Origin: Vicinamibacterales bacterium
Lineage (GTDB): Bacteria; Acidobacteriota; Vicinamibacteria; Vicinamibacterales; UBA8438
NCBI GenBank assembly: GCA_965262925.1
Contig: CBDHGC010000004.1
Location: forward strand, 2,385,112 to 2,449,111
Length of the DNA stretch: 64,000 bases
Direction: 5' to 3'
A model generated the notes under the pieces. The model saw only the letters and a list, made by a program, of their open reading frames with translations. It was not told where the DNA came from and did no database searches. Made by a program: the position numbers and the translations under genes. Numbering within the stretch: position 1 is the stretch's first letter; every line of letters begins with the position of its first letter. Of this stretch, positions 53,614-62,209 are shown one piece after another.

Positions 53614-53976
53614 GGTGACCCGGGACGGTGCTCGTCTGTCGGCCCATTCCAGCCGTTGCGGGTCACTTCATTGTGGTATCCGCCGGCCGAGCAGGCGTGC
53701 TTCCACTTCCGCGCGCCCGCCCTCCTTGAGGTCGTTCGCGCTTGGCGGCGGCGCTTGGCCCTGCGTGTCGACGACGGCGCGGCCACGGCGGCGCCGTCGG
53801 CCCCGGCGGAACCCCTGGCGCCCCTGGTCTCGCGCAGACTGCCCCGCGCATGCGGGGGTGCGCGGATGACCTCCTCCGGCGGGGCCATTCTGGTCGCACG
53901 TCTTCCCGCCAGGGCGCTTGCCTTTCGCTGTGGCCAGGCGATCGTCGCCCGCCCGCGTCCCCTTCGTTGATTCGGG

Positions 53977-54993
53977 TTACCGATTGCGTTTGCGCGGCGG
54001 CGTCTCGCGCCGCCGGCTCTCGTCGAACGCCTGCTGGGCGCTTCTTGGCCTTGGGGTCGGCGCTGCCATCTGCACCCCTGCTGGCCTCGCTCCCATGTCC
54101 ACGATCGTCACCGTCTCGTTGCGCTCCATGCCGGATCGGACGCTCTCCAGCAATTGTCCGACCGGCTGGCTCTCGGCCTCGAAGAACCCTTTCAGCCCCC
54201 GCTCCTCGAGCACTTTCCCGAGCTCGGCTGTCGAGCCGCACGTCCGTTGCCACTCCCCCAGCCTGCTCTCGGTCGTTATGCTCGCCGTCTTTCCCTTGCA
54301 TCGGATCTGGACCCGCTGGTAGGTGGCGTCGGCGATGGCCTTCTGGCCTGCAGCGGCCGGGTCCTTGACGATGTCGGCGAAGGTCGGTCGGACGTTCCGG
54401 AGTTCCCTGCTTGCTTGGTCCTTGAGTTCGTCTGATATGACGCCGTACATGCGGGTGATTGCGCCCCGGCGTTCGGCGTCCTGGGCGTTGACGGCCGCCT
54501 CCAGAGCGCGCGGTTCGATGCGCGCGCACACGGCCACGTCGAAGACGTCGCGCACCGGCGCGTTCAGTCCGCGGTGGGTCAGCTTCGCCGTCATGATCTG
54601 TGTCGAGGTCAGAACCTCGGCTGGCCGCCCGTTGACGCTGCTGTGTTCGACTCCCTTGGCGGGCGTCGGTTGGCTGAAGCCGACGTCGACGTGCTCTTCC
54701 TGCGGCCGGTCCGGGAACTCGATCCGGTCGAATCCGGGTCCCTGGACCCGGTATCCACCGCTCTGCTCGGCCGCGCGGTCCAGCGCGCTGCGCGCCGCGT
54801 CCGGATTGTCCGTCGGGATCACGACGTCGATGTCGAGGCTCTCGCGGTGGTCCCAGCGCGCTTCGAGCACGCCGCCGCCGCCGACGTGCAGCGGCAGGCC
54901 GGCACGCTGCGTCTCGCCTTCGAGTCCGGCGCGCACGCGGTCGTAGAGCGCCTTTGGCGTTCCGTGCAGCTCCAGTTCCTTGTCCTTGTTCAT
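53977..54993 (-). CDS. AbiEii/DUF1814-like nucleotidyltransferase with extended C-terminal domain
   Basis: ATG at 54993 overlaps the upstream stop (ATGA). …LHVGGGGVLEARWDHRESLDIDVVIP… resembles the GGTAL…R.S.DIDF NTase motif, and …QIMTAKLTHRGLNAPVRDVFDVAV… resembles the EKL.AL..R…RDLYDL helix. The large upstream part of the 707-aa track ORF is rejected. Confidence 0.55.
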   Translation of the reverse strand: MNKDKELELHGTPKALYDRVRAGLEGETQRAGLPLHVGGGGVLEARWDHRESLDIDVVIPTDNPDAARSALDRAAEQSGGYRVQGPGFDRIEFPDRPQEEHVDVGFSQPTPAKGVEHSSVNGRPAEVLTSTQIMTAKLTHRGLNAPVRDVFDVAVCARIEPRALEAAVNAQDAERRGAITRMYGVISDELKDQASRELRNVRPTFADIVKDPAAAGQKAIADATYQRVQIRCKGKTASITTESRLGEWQRTCGSTAELGKVLEERGLKGFFEAESQPVGQLLESVRSGMERNETVTIVDMGARPAGVQMAAPTPRPRSAQQAFDESRRRETPPRKRNR

Positions 54994-55601
54994 ACCTGGC
55001 TCCGCCCGTTCAGTCGGTCGCAGTTCGGGTAGTGCCCCAGCCGTTGGACGTGCACGGCCTTGGCCAGCTGCCGCCATGTGTAGACCCCTTCGAAGATGCC
55101 GTACCACCACTCGAGCAGGGTCGCTTCGCGCAGCCAGGCGGCGATCACGCACGCCCGGCGTGCCGTTCGTCGCTTCGCCCGCACGGCGTCGTAGAACTCG
55201 GCGGCCCTCGGCGGTCGTTTCCACCCTGCGCCAGCCAGTGCCAGCCGGTGCGTGACGGCCTGGCTCTGGCGCCCGGTCTGCGCCTCGGGGACCTCGTATC
55301 TCCACTGGCGCCGCATCGCCGCCGTCACCTCGCGGTCGCTGAATGCGCTTGATGGCCCGAGCCACGCTGGCTCGGCATCGCGGTGCGTCTCGCGCTTGTA
55401 CTCGGTGCGGTATTCCGCCCACTCGTTGAGCGTCATGCGGCGGGTGCGCCGTGCCAGTCGCCGTGCTTCGGCCGCAATCGGGTTCATTGCTCCTTCTTCG
55501 GTCGGTGCTGGCCGCCGCGGCCTGCGGCCGTCTGTTGCGGTTGACGAAACGCAGCTCGTAGTGCCGCGGTCCTCTCCCGCTTCGGCGGCGTTTGTGGTCA
55601 T
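54990..55601 (-). CDS. hypothetical protein, middle gene of the coupled three-gene operon
   Basis: Track ORF. The start ATG overlaps the upstream stop and the stop overlaps the downstream NTase ATG. Trp/Arg-rich helical sequence (…MTLNEWAEYRTEYKRETHRDAEPAWLGP…AAWLREATLLEWWYGIFEGVYTWRQLAKAV…). No motif recognised. Confidence 0.45.
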   Translation of the reverse strand: MTTNAAEAGEDRGTTSCVSSTATDGRRPRRPAPTEEGAMNPIAAEARRLARRTRRMTLNEWAEYRTEYKRETHRDAEPAWLGPSSAFSDREVTAAMRRQWRYEVPEAQTGRQSQAVTHRLALAGAGWKRPPRAAEFYDAVRAKRRTARRACVIAAWLREATLLEWWYGIFEGVYTWRQLAKAVHVQRLGHYPNCDRLNGRSQV

Positions 55602-56011
55602 CCTGATCCCAATGGATTCTTGTCGGTGGGCCCATTCCCGTCAACACGGGGCCGGTGGCACGGTCTGTGTCTTTCGGAGATCGACGGCGGGATGCTGCGG
55701 CTACGGCCCGTGCTGCCGCTCTCTGGATCGCCTTGCGCTGTTGGCGGACGTTCCGGCTTCGCCTCCATCCCCGAGTGCGCGGAGCGGCGCTGACCCTCCG
55801 CGTCCGGGCACGCCCGCAGGTCGAGCACCAGGAAGCGTTCCATGGCTTTTGCGGTGGCCGCCGCCCATTGGAAGCTCGCCAGCGGGACTTCGCCATCCGA
55901 GCTCCGCACGCGGAGCCGCGGCAGCTCGACCTGCCGCCCGCCGAGTGCTCGCACAGGGCCAGGAGCCGCTGAGTCAGGGCGACCGAGGAAAGCTCGCTCA
56001 CGCACGAACAT
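55598..56011 (-). CDS. hypothetical protein, first gene of the coupled three-gene operon
   Basis: ATG at 56011. Good third-position bias (MFVRERAFLGRPDSAAPGPVRALGGRQVELPRLRVRSSDGEVPLASFQWAAATAKAMERFLVLDLRACPDAEG…). The stop overlaps the next ATG. Confidence 0.4.
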   Translation of the reverse strand: MFVRERAFLGRPDSAAPGPVRALGGRQVELPRLRVRSSDGEVPLASFQWAAATAKAMERFLVLDLRACPDAEGQRRSAHSGMEAKPERPPTAQGDPESGSTGRSRSIPPSISERHRPCHRPRVDGNGPTDKNPLGSG

Positions 56012-56177
56012 CGTGCCCCGAAAGTTGGCGGGCGGGCCGGCGACGAATGTGGCTGATGTGGCGCGCGGCCAGCCCGCCCCGCCCGCGTGACGACGATCAA
56101 CCAAGACGCCTTGAGCGGCCAGAGTCTTTACCAGGGGTCCCAGGCCGAGTTGAACGGAATCGCCCAAGTCACGCGGC

Positions 56178-56624
56178 CTACATGTCCACGCGGCCCTGCA
56201 ACTGCGCCCCGTCGGCCATGACCAACCGCGGAGCCGAGACCGCACCTTCGACCGAGCCGGTCTCACCGATGCGCACCCGCTCGCTCGCCTGGATGTTCCC
56301 GCTCACGTCGCCGAGAACCACAACCGACTTCGCCGACAACTGCGCCTTGACCCTGCCGGTTGGTCCGACCGTCAGGGCATGTTGCCGCAGCTCGATCGTC
56401 CCGTCGACCTTGCCGTCGATGACGAGGTCCTCGCTTCCCTCTACGTCGCCCTTGATGACGATCCCTCTCCCTATCGTGGTGATGTCCTCGGGAGCGTTCT
56501 GCACGCCGGCACGCTGCCCGCGCGGCGCAGACCGACGGTTGACCGATGCATCATCGTCAGCAAATTGTGTCTCGACCATTTGAAGTGACCCTCGATTCGT
56601 CTCGCGGTCCGGGAGACCGTTCAT
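56178..56624 (-). CDS. bactofilin (DUF583) family protein
   Basis: …IGRGIVIKGDVEGSEDLVIDGKVDGTIELRQHALTVGPTGRVKAQLSAKSVVVLGDVSGNIQASERVRIGETGSVEGAVSAPRLVMADGAQLQGRVDM is the repeated beta-helical G-x-V/I-x-G pattern of bactofilins. The ATG overlaps the stop of the upstream micro-ORF. Confidence 0.8.
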   Translation of the reverse strand: MNGLPDRETNRGSLQMVETQFADDDASVNRRSAPRGQRAGVQNAPEDITTIGRGIVIKGDVEGSEDLVIDGKVDGTIELRQHALTVGPTGRVKAQLSAKSVVVLGDVSGNIQASERVRIGETGSVEGAVSAPRLVMADGAQLQGRVDM

Positions 56625-56812
56625 GCACCGCCGTCATCCGCTCCCACGTAACGCACCACCTGCCCCGTCGGATACGAAGTCAGCCGCACCAGTCCGCACG
56701 CCTGGCACACGTCGGCCTGGCAATCCGTAGTCGAGCGTTCCCGGTCGAACCGCCACAGGTGCCCGTTCCCGCGGCACGGGCACACCGGAACAACCAGCTT
56801 CTGTTCCGGCAT
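56621..56812 (-). CDS. small Cys-rich (zinc-ribbon-like) protein
   Basis: MPEQKLVVPVCPCRGNGHLWRFDRERSTTDCQADVCQACGLVRLTSYPTGQVVRYV…. TGATG overlap with the upstream ORF and ATGA overlap with bactofilin. Confidence 0.45.
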   Translation of the reverse strand: MPEQKLVVPVCPCRGNGHLWRFDRERSTTDCQADVCQACGLVRLTSYPTGQVVRYVGADDGGA

Positions 56813-57063
56813 CAGTCCTGCCGGCGCGTCTCGATCCCCTCGGCGAGCCGACGGCCCAGGACCGCCTCGAGCCGCCCGTCGCCGCCGACGGCAACCCGCG
56901 TGCCATAGACCCGCCACCGGCCGCCACCGTCGCACGCCGCATAACCGCGCGCCACGTGAGCCGCCAGATCCAACGACGGGAACACTGACCACACCCACTT
57001 CCGCGGCGAGCCCGCCGCCCGCCACCCGACCGCGTACAGCTCGTCCACCACCGCCACCAAGTT
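56812..57063 (-). CDS. hypothetical small protein
   Basis: …VAVVDELYAVGWRAAGSPRKWVWSVFPSLDLAAHVARGYAACDGGGRWRVYGTRVAVGGDGRLEAVLGRRLAEGIE… with good codon bias. Coupled to the downstream micro-ORF. Confidence 0.4.
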   Translation of the reverse strand, partial: NLVAVVDELYAVGWRAAGSPRKWVWSVFPSLDLAAHVARGYAACDGGGRWRVYGTRVAVGGDGRLEAVLGRRLAEGIETRRQD

Positions 57064-57073
57064 CCCCGAGCTG

Positions 57074-57274
57074 TCAACCGGCGTCGATGTCGCCCGCGCG
57101 TTGGGCGGCGTCGACGTGCTGCACCGGGTGTTCCGCCGCGCCGAATAGCTCCCGGTGTCGCAGCGCCGCGTCCCGCTCGGCCGCTGTCGCCGCGCGGAAG
57201 GCGCCGCCGTCGTCCACTTCGATCGCGAACAGCCCGCGGCCGCGACCCATCACACACCGGCGACGTTCAGGCAT
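57074..57274 (-). CDS. hypothetical small protein
   Basis: ATG at 57274 overlaps the upstream stop. MPERRRCVMGRGRGLFAIEVDDGGAFRAATAAERDAALRHRELFGAAEHPVQHVDAAQRAGDIDAG. Confidence 0.35.
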   Translation of the reverse strand: MPERRRCVMGRGRGLFAIEVDDGGAFRAATAAERDAALRHRELFGAAEHPVQHVDAAQRAGDIDAG

Positions 57275-57491
57275 CGTCCTTCCCGAACGGGCAATCGCGG
57301 TCCCGGTCGATCCCACCCGCCGTTCGGCCCGCCGGAGAGTTCCCCGCCAGCGAGGCCCCGGACCAATACCGCGAAACTCTTTCACACCTTCCGTTCGACG
57401 ACGCTGGCGTCGCGACATCGAGCGTGTCGACCAGTTCGGCGTCCGCCTCGTGTTCGGCCAGCCCGATCAACTCCCCCAGGATACGACCCAC
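57267..57491 (-). CDS. hypothetical small protein
   Basis: GTG start. VGRILGELIGLAEHEADAELVDTLDVATPASS… Codon bias is moderate. Confidence 0.3.
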   Translation of the reverse strand: MGRILGELIGLAEHEADAELVDTLDVATPASSNGRCERVSRYWSGASLAGNSPAGRTAGGIDRDRDCPFGKDDA

Positions 57492-57500
57492 GATGAGGCG

Positions 57501-57740
57501 TCAAGTCATCGTTCCGTCCCGGGTCCGCAACGGTCTGAATGGCAGCTGGGGCTGTGCTTCCCAGGTGATGTCTGCGCTGGCGAGCACGTCGGCCCCGCAG
57601 TCCGGACACGTCGCGGGCAGCGGCAGCCGCACGTCGATCGCGAACTGCGTCAGGCAGCCCGGGCACTGCCCCGCCACCGTCTCCCGACGCTCTGGAGACG
57701 CCGCGGGCAGATGCGCTCCCAGCAGCCGGCGTGCGTTCAA
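57501..57740 (-). CDS. small zinc-ribbon protein
   Basis: TTG at 57740 just after GGAGGAG. …VAGQCPGCLTQFAIDVRLPLPATCPDCGADVLASADITWE… contains two CPxC pairs. Confidence 0.4.
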   Translation of the reverse strand: MNARRLLGAHLPAASPERRETVAGQCPGCLTQFAIDVRLPLPATCPDCGADVLASADITWEAQPQLPFRPLRTRDGTMT

Positions 57741-58462
57741 CTCTCCTCCACCGCCAAGCGTACGACGTCGTCCGTCACAGCCGCCGAGCCCAGCCAACCG
57801 AGGATATCGCCGGAATCCGGCGTCCACCGGTCAGCCTCGAGCGGCGCGATGAAGCTCTACTGGAACCGTTGATGGAACCGCTCGGCCGTTGCCTCGTCGG
57901 TCACCGCCAGGATGCCAGCACCATGTGGGTCGGTTCCAACGCGTTGTAGCCCCACGCCGGTCTCGGCGGCGAGCGGCGCCGCACTATCACCACCGACGAC
58001 CGCCAATCAGCGGCGCGCCGTCGACCGTGGTCAGGACCTCGCCCTCGCGTCACTCGCTCCGGATCGTCTTCGAGGGGCAGCGTACCATGGCCCCAGGACT
58101 TGCTCGAAGTCGACCCGGAGCCCGCTCGAGGGGCGACGACATCGTTCAGAGCGGAAGATTCAGGACCCCGGCGACCGCCGATTTGCACGAACGGCCGGTC
58201 ATCTCCAAACGGCTGCCACCGTCAACCCCCGGGTGGGAATTACCGGCAATCGACAACTCGTCGTGAAGAGTCTGGTCCAGCGGACTCCGCACGCCGCAGC
58301 AGCACGGTGAGTCTGCCCTTGGGCCGAGTGTTCAGCGAAAGCACTGCGGCAAACGGCGATTGCGGTTCCGTCGTGATCGGCTTGATCGGCGGCGGCCTCG
58401 TCGGCGACTCGTAGGCTCGTTGTGAACTTCAGCGGAGATCCAACGATCCAGTGCCACCCTAA

Positions 58463-59593
58463 CTAACCGTCGAGGATCTCGTCCATCTTCGCGGCGGCTT
58501 CCCGCTGTAGCACCGGTACAACGTGCGCGTAGGTGTTCAGCGTCAGGCTGATCTGCGAGTGCCCGAGGGTTTCCATGATGGTCCGCGGGTCGACGCCCTG
58601 CGCGAGCAGCAGCGTGGCCGCCGTGTGCCGCAGGTCGTGGTACCGAATGGCCGGCAGCCCGGCCCGCTGCAGGATCGCCTTGAACGATCGGTTGACGTTG
58701 CAGCCATCGAGCGGCGCTCCGGCCTCGCTGGTGAACACGAGTCCGTAGTCGTTCCATCGCTACCCGGCGACGAGCCGCTCCTGGAGCTGGCGCGTTCGAT
58801 GCTTGCGCAGGGCCGCCGTCACGATGCGCGGCAACACAATCGTTCGGCGACCGCGGGCCGACTTCGGTTCTCCGAACCGTGGTTGTTTCCCGCCGCGTTC
58901 CAGCGTCTGGCGCACCGACAGCGTGCCGGCGTCCAGCTTCACCGCATCCCAAGGCAGACCCAGCGCCTCACCGAGGCGCAGACCGAGTCCGACGGCTACG
59001 GTAAACAAGGCTTCGAGCCGATGGTCCGCAACGGCTGCGAGGAACTTCTCGGTCTGCTCCGGTGTCAATGGCGCAATCTCGCGCGCCCGATACCGGGGCG
59101 GTTCGGTCAGGGACGCTACGTTCCGCGAGACGAGTCCCCACTTGAGGGCCTGGTTCAGTGCCGCGCGAAGGACCGCGCGTGCGTAGTGGATCGTGCGGCC
59201 GCCAACCCCCGCCGCACGGCGAGACTCGAGCCACGTGCTCACGTCCAGCGGTGTGAGCTTGGCGAGCCGCACGCGGCCGATCCCCGGTTCCAGATGAATG
59301 CGCACGACCTGCTCGTAGCTCTTGTGAGTACGAGGCCGGAGTTGGCTACGGATGATCTCAAAGCCAACGGCGCAGGAAAGCACCCACCGTCTCCTGTTCG
59401 GGGACTGGCGGTAGCCCCTTCTCGGTCCGATGCAGCGTCTCTCGCAGCTTGTCCTGAACCTCTCGCTTCGTCCGACCGTAGAGCGTCTTGCGGCGACGCT
59501 TGCCGTCCTGCCAGCCGAGATCGACACGGGCCATCCATCGTCCGTCCGCTCGCCTCGTTATGCTGCCTTCACCGCGTCCGCGGCGCGTTGCCA
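58463..59593 (-). pseudogene. int: tyrosine recombinase (phage-type integrase), inactivated
   Basis: N-terminus MATRRGRGEGSITRRADGRWMARVDLGWQDGKRRRKTLYGRTKREVQDKL… A frame change occurs near 59355-59365. Core-binding region …RPRTHKSYEQVVRIHLEPGIG… An in-frame TAG lies at 58757-58759 (…ERLVAG*RWNDYGLVFT…). The catalytic end is …RYHDLRHTAATLLLAQGVDPRTIMETLGHSQISLTLNTYAHV. Confidence 0.8.
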
Positions 59594-60008
59594 TCGTCCG
59601 GTCTCCTCCTGTGGTCGATTCGCCGTGATGCGCTCGATGCCTCTCGATCCAGCACGGCGTGAAGCGACCACCCGGTTCGCCACCAAGTAATTCTCCGAAG
59701 CTCCTGCCGACCTCGTTGCGGACGGCATGCCGAGCTCCTGCCGACCGTCGCGGCAGCGTGCGCCGTGCCGCGTGCGCGCGCCGGCACCACTGCGCTGTGG
59801 GCTGGTCCGTCGTGCACGCGGCGGCGAGCACACATCGTCGAAGCCTGCTGCCCGCGTTCGGACTCCGGTCACCGTCGGGCCCGCTGCCCCTACGGCGTAC
59901 CGCCTCTCGTTCGTTCAACGACCCTCGTCCTTATGAGTTGCCGAAGTGCCTCCACGGGCACGCGGCGGACCTTTCCCACCCGCACCCAGGGGATCGCGCC
60001 CCTGTTCA

Positions 60009-60317
60009 TCAGCTCGTACACCTTGCTGCGGCTGACCCTAAGAGCTCGGCCGCTTCGACTGGCCGATAGAACAGAGGCTCGATTTGCGGGACTCGCGGGT
60101 GACTCTCTCCAGTGAGTTGCCGAAGTGCCTCGACGGGCACGCGGCGAACCCCTCCCAACCGCATCCAGCGGATCTCGCCGCTGTTCATCAGCTCGTGCAA
60201 CTTGCTGGGGCTGACCCTAAGAACCTCGGCCGCTTCGGCTGGCCGATACAGCAAGGGCTCGACTCGCGGGCGACTCTCACCAGATCCAGCCTTCCCGCCT
60301 TGTAGTCCGGGACACAT
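60009..60317 (-). CDS. xis: excisionase-type (HTH_17/MerR-like) DNA-binding protein with partial tandem duplication
   Basis: ATG at 60317 preceded by AAGGAG. …EPLLYRPAEAAEVLRVSPSKLHELMNSGEIRWMRLGGVRRVPVEALRQL is followed by a second unit EPLFYRPVEAAELLG…. The second unit loses frame through a 1-nt deletion near 60036-60047. Its shifted frame still reads …VSRSKVYELMNRGAIPWVRVGKVRRVPVEALRQL. Confidence 0.6.
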   Translation of the reverse strand: MCPGLQGGKAGSGESRPRVEPLLYRPAEAAEVLRVSPSKLHELMNSGEIRWMRLGGVRRVPVEALRQLTGESHPRVPQIEPLFYRPVEAAELLGSAAARCTS

Positions 60318-60592
60318 GTCTCGCTCCTTCGGCGCGTCCAACGTTTCGCGTCCAAACGGAGCGTAGTGACCCGCGGTCGTTCTCCTGCCGCCGCGGGGCA
60401 GTCGACAACAGTCGATGCAGGCTATGGAGCACTGAGGTGCCGGAGGCTCGTCTGCGTCACGCAGGAGCGAACGCGCGCGGGCGTACGGCACTGGAGACCC
60501 TTGGCGAGGACACCGCGTAGCGTGCTCGGTGAGCGAACGCCCTTGGCGGCACAAGCCGTGCCCGGTGTCGCGTGCCGGCCGGCCACCGACGG

Positions 60593-61165
60593 TCAGGACA
60601 TCCGGCCGGCCGGCGTGATCGCACGCCTGGTGTCGCTCGTCGCGGCCGTCGGCCGCATCGCCAGATCCAGCAGCTCGTCGATCCGCGTCACGTAGTCGAT
60701 GGCGACTGCGCACCGGAGGTCGTCACCGAGCTCTTCGACATGCTTCCGGTTCTGCCGCGGGAGGATGACGCGGGCCAAGCCACAACAGTGTGCGGCCAGC
60801 ACCTTCTCGCTGATGCCGCCGACCGGCAGGATCTGCCCGGAGAGGGTGACCTCGCCGGTCATGGCCAGGTCGCCGCGGACCACGCGCCCCGTCAGCGCGG
60901 ACACCATCGCGGCCACCATCGCGACCCCGGCCGAGGCCCCGTCCTTGCGCGCCGCGCGTGACTGCACGTGGACATGAATGTCGGCGCCGCGATGGAAGCG
61001 CGGGTCGATGCCGTACCGCGCCGCGTTGGCCCGCACCCACGACAGCGCCACCCGCGCCGACTCCTGCATCCCCTCTCCGAGCCCGCCGGTCAGGGTCAGC
61101 GCGCCGGTGCCGGGCATGCGGCTGACTTCGACGAACAGGACGTTGCCGCCGACCACCGTGGTTAG
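60593..61165 (-). CDS. Lon (S16) proteolytic domain segment of the multi-AAA+ Lon locus
   Basis: LTTVVGGNVLFVEVSRMPGTGALTLTGGLGEGMQESARVALSWVRANA…RKDGASAGVAMVAAMVSALTG…MTGEVTLSGQILPVGGISEKVLAAHCCG… The catalytic Ser (DGxSAG) and Lys (GGIxEKxLAA) contexts are present. This segment is offset by one nucleotide from the upstream AAA+ segment at about 61163. Confidence 0.8.
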   Translation of the reverse strand, partial: LTTVVGGNVLFVEVSRMPGTGALTLTGGLGEGMQESARVALSWVRANAARYGIDPRFHRGADIHVHVQSRAARKDGASAGVAMVAAMVSALTGRVVRGDLAMTGEVTLSGQILPVGGISEKVLAAHCCGLARVILPRQNRKHVEELGDDLRCAVAIDYVTRIDELLDLAMRPTAATSDTRRAITPAGRMS

Positions 61166-62163
61166 CCTAGGGCGACACCCAGCCGACCGGTGCGGGCGGC
61201 GATCTCCGCCTTGCGATGTGACGGCGGCCCCAGCGTCCCGGCGAGGAGCTCCGGCGTGACATCGACCGGCGCCTCGTCCCCCTCGGCCCGGCGGCGCACC
61301 ACCTTGGCGCAGACCGTGGCCAGCGCATCGGCCAGGTCCCACACCCCCGCTCCCCGCGTGTAGCCGCTGATCACGGCCTCCATTGCTTCCTCGGTAACCT
61401 GGACCTGATCGGCGGTCAGGCCGTGGTGCGCGAGCTGCCAAGGCAGCAGGTACCGTGTCGCGATGACGCCCTTGTCCGCATCGGTGTAGCCGGGCAGCTC
61501 GATCACCGTCATCGTTTCCCGCAGCACCGCCGGCACCGAACCGAGGCTGTTGGCCGTGGCCACGAAGAGCGCCTCGGCCAAGTCGAACGGCAGGTCGACA
61601 TAGCGGTCACGGAACGCCGCACCCGGCGCCGGGGCGATGGCCTCGAGCAGCGCCGCCGCCGCGCCGCTCCCTCCGTCGAGACGGTCGACCTCGTCGAGGA
61701 CGAACATCGGATTGCGGACGCCGACACGCCGCAACTCGTCGACGATCCGCCCCGGCGGGCCCGAAGGGATGCCGTGCACCGCCGCCGCACCGTTGAGCTC
61801 GCCGCAGGCCACCCATGCGCGGGCGCGCCCGAGGGCCACGGCAAGCAGCCGCGCCAGCGACGTCTTGCCCACTCCCCCCGGCCCCACCAGGCAGAGCAGC
61901 GGCGCCGTCGCATGCGGCTTCGTCAAGCGCACGGCGATGTAGTCGACGAGGCGCTCCTTCACCGCTTCGTGTCCGGCATGCCCCGCGTCGAGGACCGTCC
62001 TGGCGCGCGCGAGATCGAGCGGCGCGGCGGAGTGCTTGGTCCACGGCAGGCTCGCCAGGCACCGCAGGTACTCGCGCGCCCGCGCACGTTCGGGATCGGT
62101 CCGCGGCCACGTGGCCAGCCGCTCGAGGACCTCCCGCCCCCGCTCCCGCACGACGTCCGGCAT
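61162..62163 (-). CDS. Lon-type AAA+ module 3
   Basis: …YLRCLASLPWTKHS…LDAGHAGHEAVKERLVDYIAV…LLCLVGPGGVGKTSLA…NPMFVLDEVDRL…ALLEAIAP…FRDRYVDLPFDLAEALFVATAN…ELPGYTDADKGVIA… is the complete Lon A-domain pattern. The frame stays open upstream to about 62215, where it meets module 2 in another frame. Confidence 0.8.
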   Translation of the reverse strand: MPDVVRERGREVLERLATWPRTDPERARAREYLRCLASLPWTKHSAAPLDLARARTVLDAGHAGHEAVKERLVDYIAVRLTKPHATAPLLCLVGPGGVGKTSLARLLAVALGRARAWVACGELNGAAAVHGIPSGPPGRIVDELRRVGVRNPMFVLDEVDRLDGGSGAAAALLEAIAPAPGAAFRDRYVDLPFDLAEALFVATANSLGSVPAVLRETMTVIELPGYTDADKGVIATRYLLPWQLAHHGLTADQVQVTEEAMEAVISGYTRGAGVWDLADALATVCAKVVRRRAEGDEAPVDVTPELLAGTLGPPSHRKAEIAARTGRLGVALG

Positions 62164-62209
62164 CCCGGGCGCGTCGACCTGTTCGCGGAGACGGTCGAGA
62201 CTGCGCCGC

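Noticed and set aside
53341-53970. Overlapping plus-strand ORFs (209 and 173 aa) and the 403-aa minus ORF spanning 52677-53888
   Set aside because: Their repetitive IPARAG/SIPALAG peptides are simply the CRISPR repeats translated. Only the 3' 125 codons of the minus ORF (the MNT-type NTase) have coding character.
52677-56011. A complete CRISPR-Cas or HEPN-MNT system around the array
   Set aside because: No Cas-like proteins (Cas1, Cas2, Cas3, Cascade motifs) and no HEPN (Rx4-6H) partner were found on either strand. Only the array relic and a lone MNT-type gene are present.
53977-56100. 707-aa minus ORF treated as one gene
   Set aside because: Codon bias and motifs support only the last 338 codons (the NTase). 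The upstream part overlaps two better-supported ORFs in other frames that are linked by ATGA overlaps.
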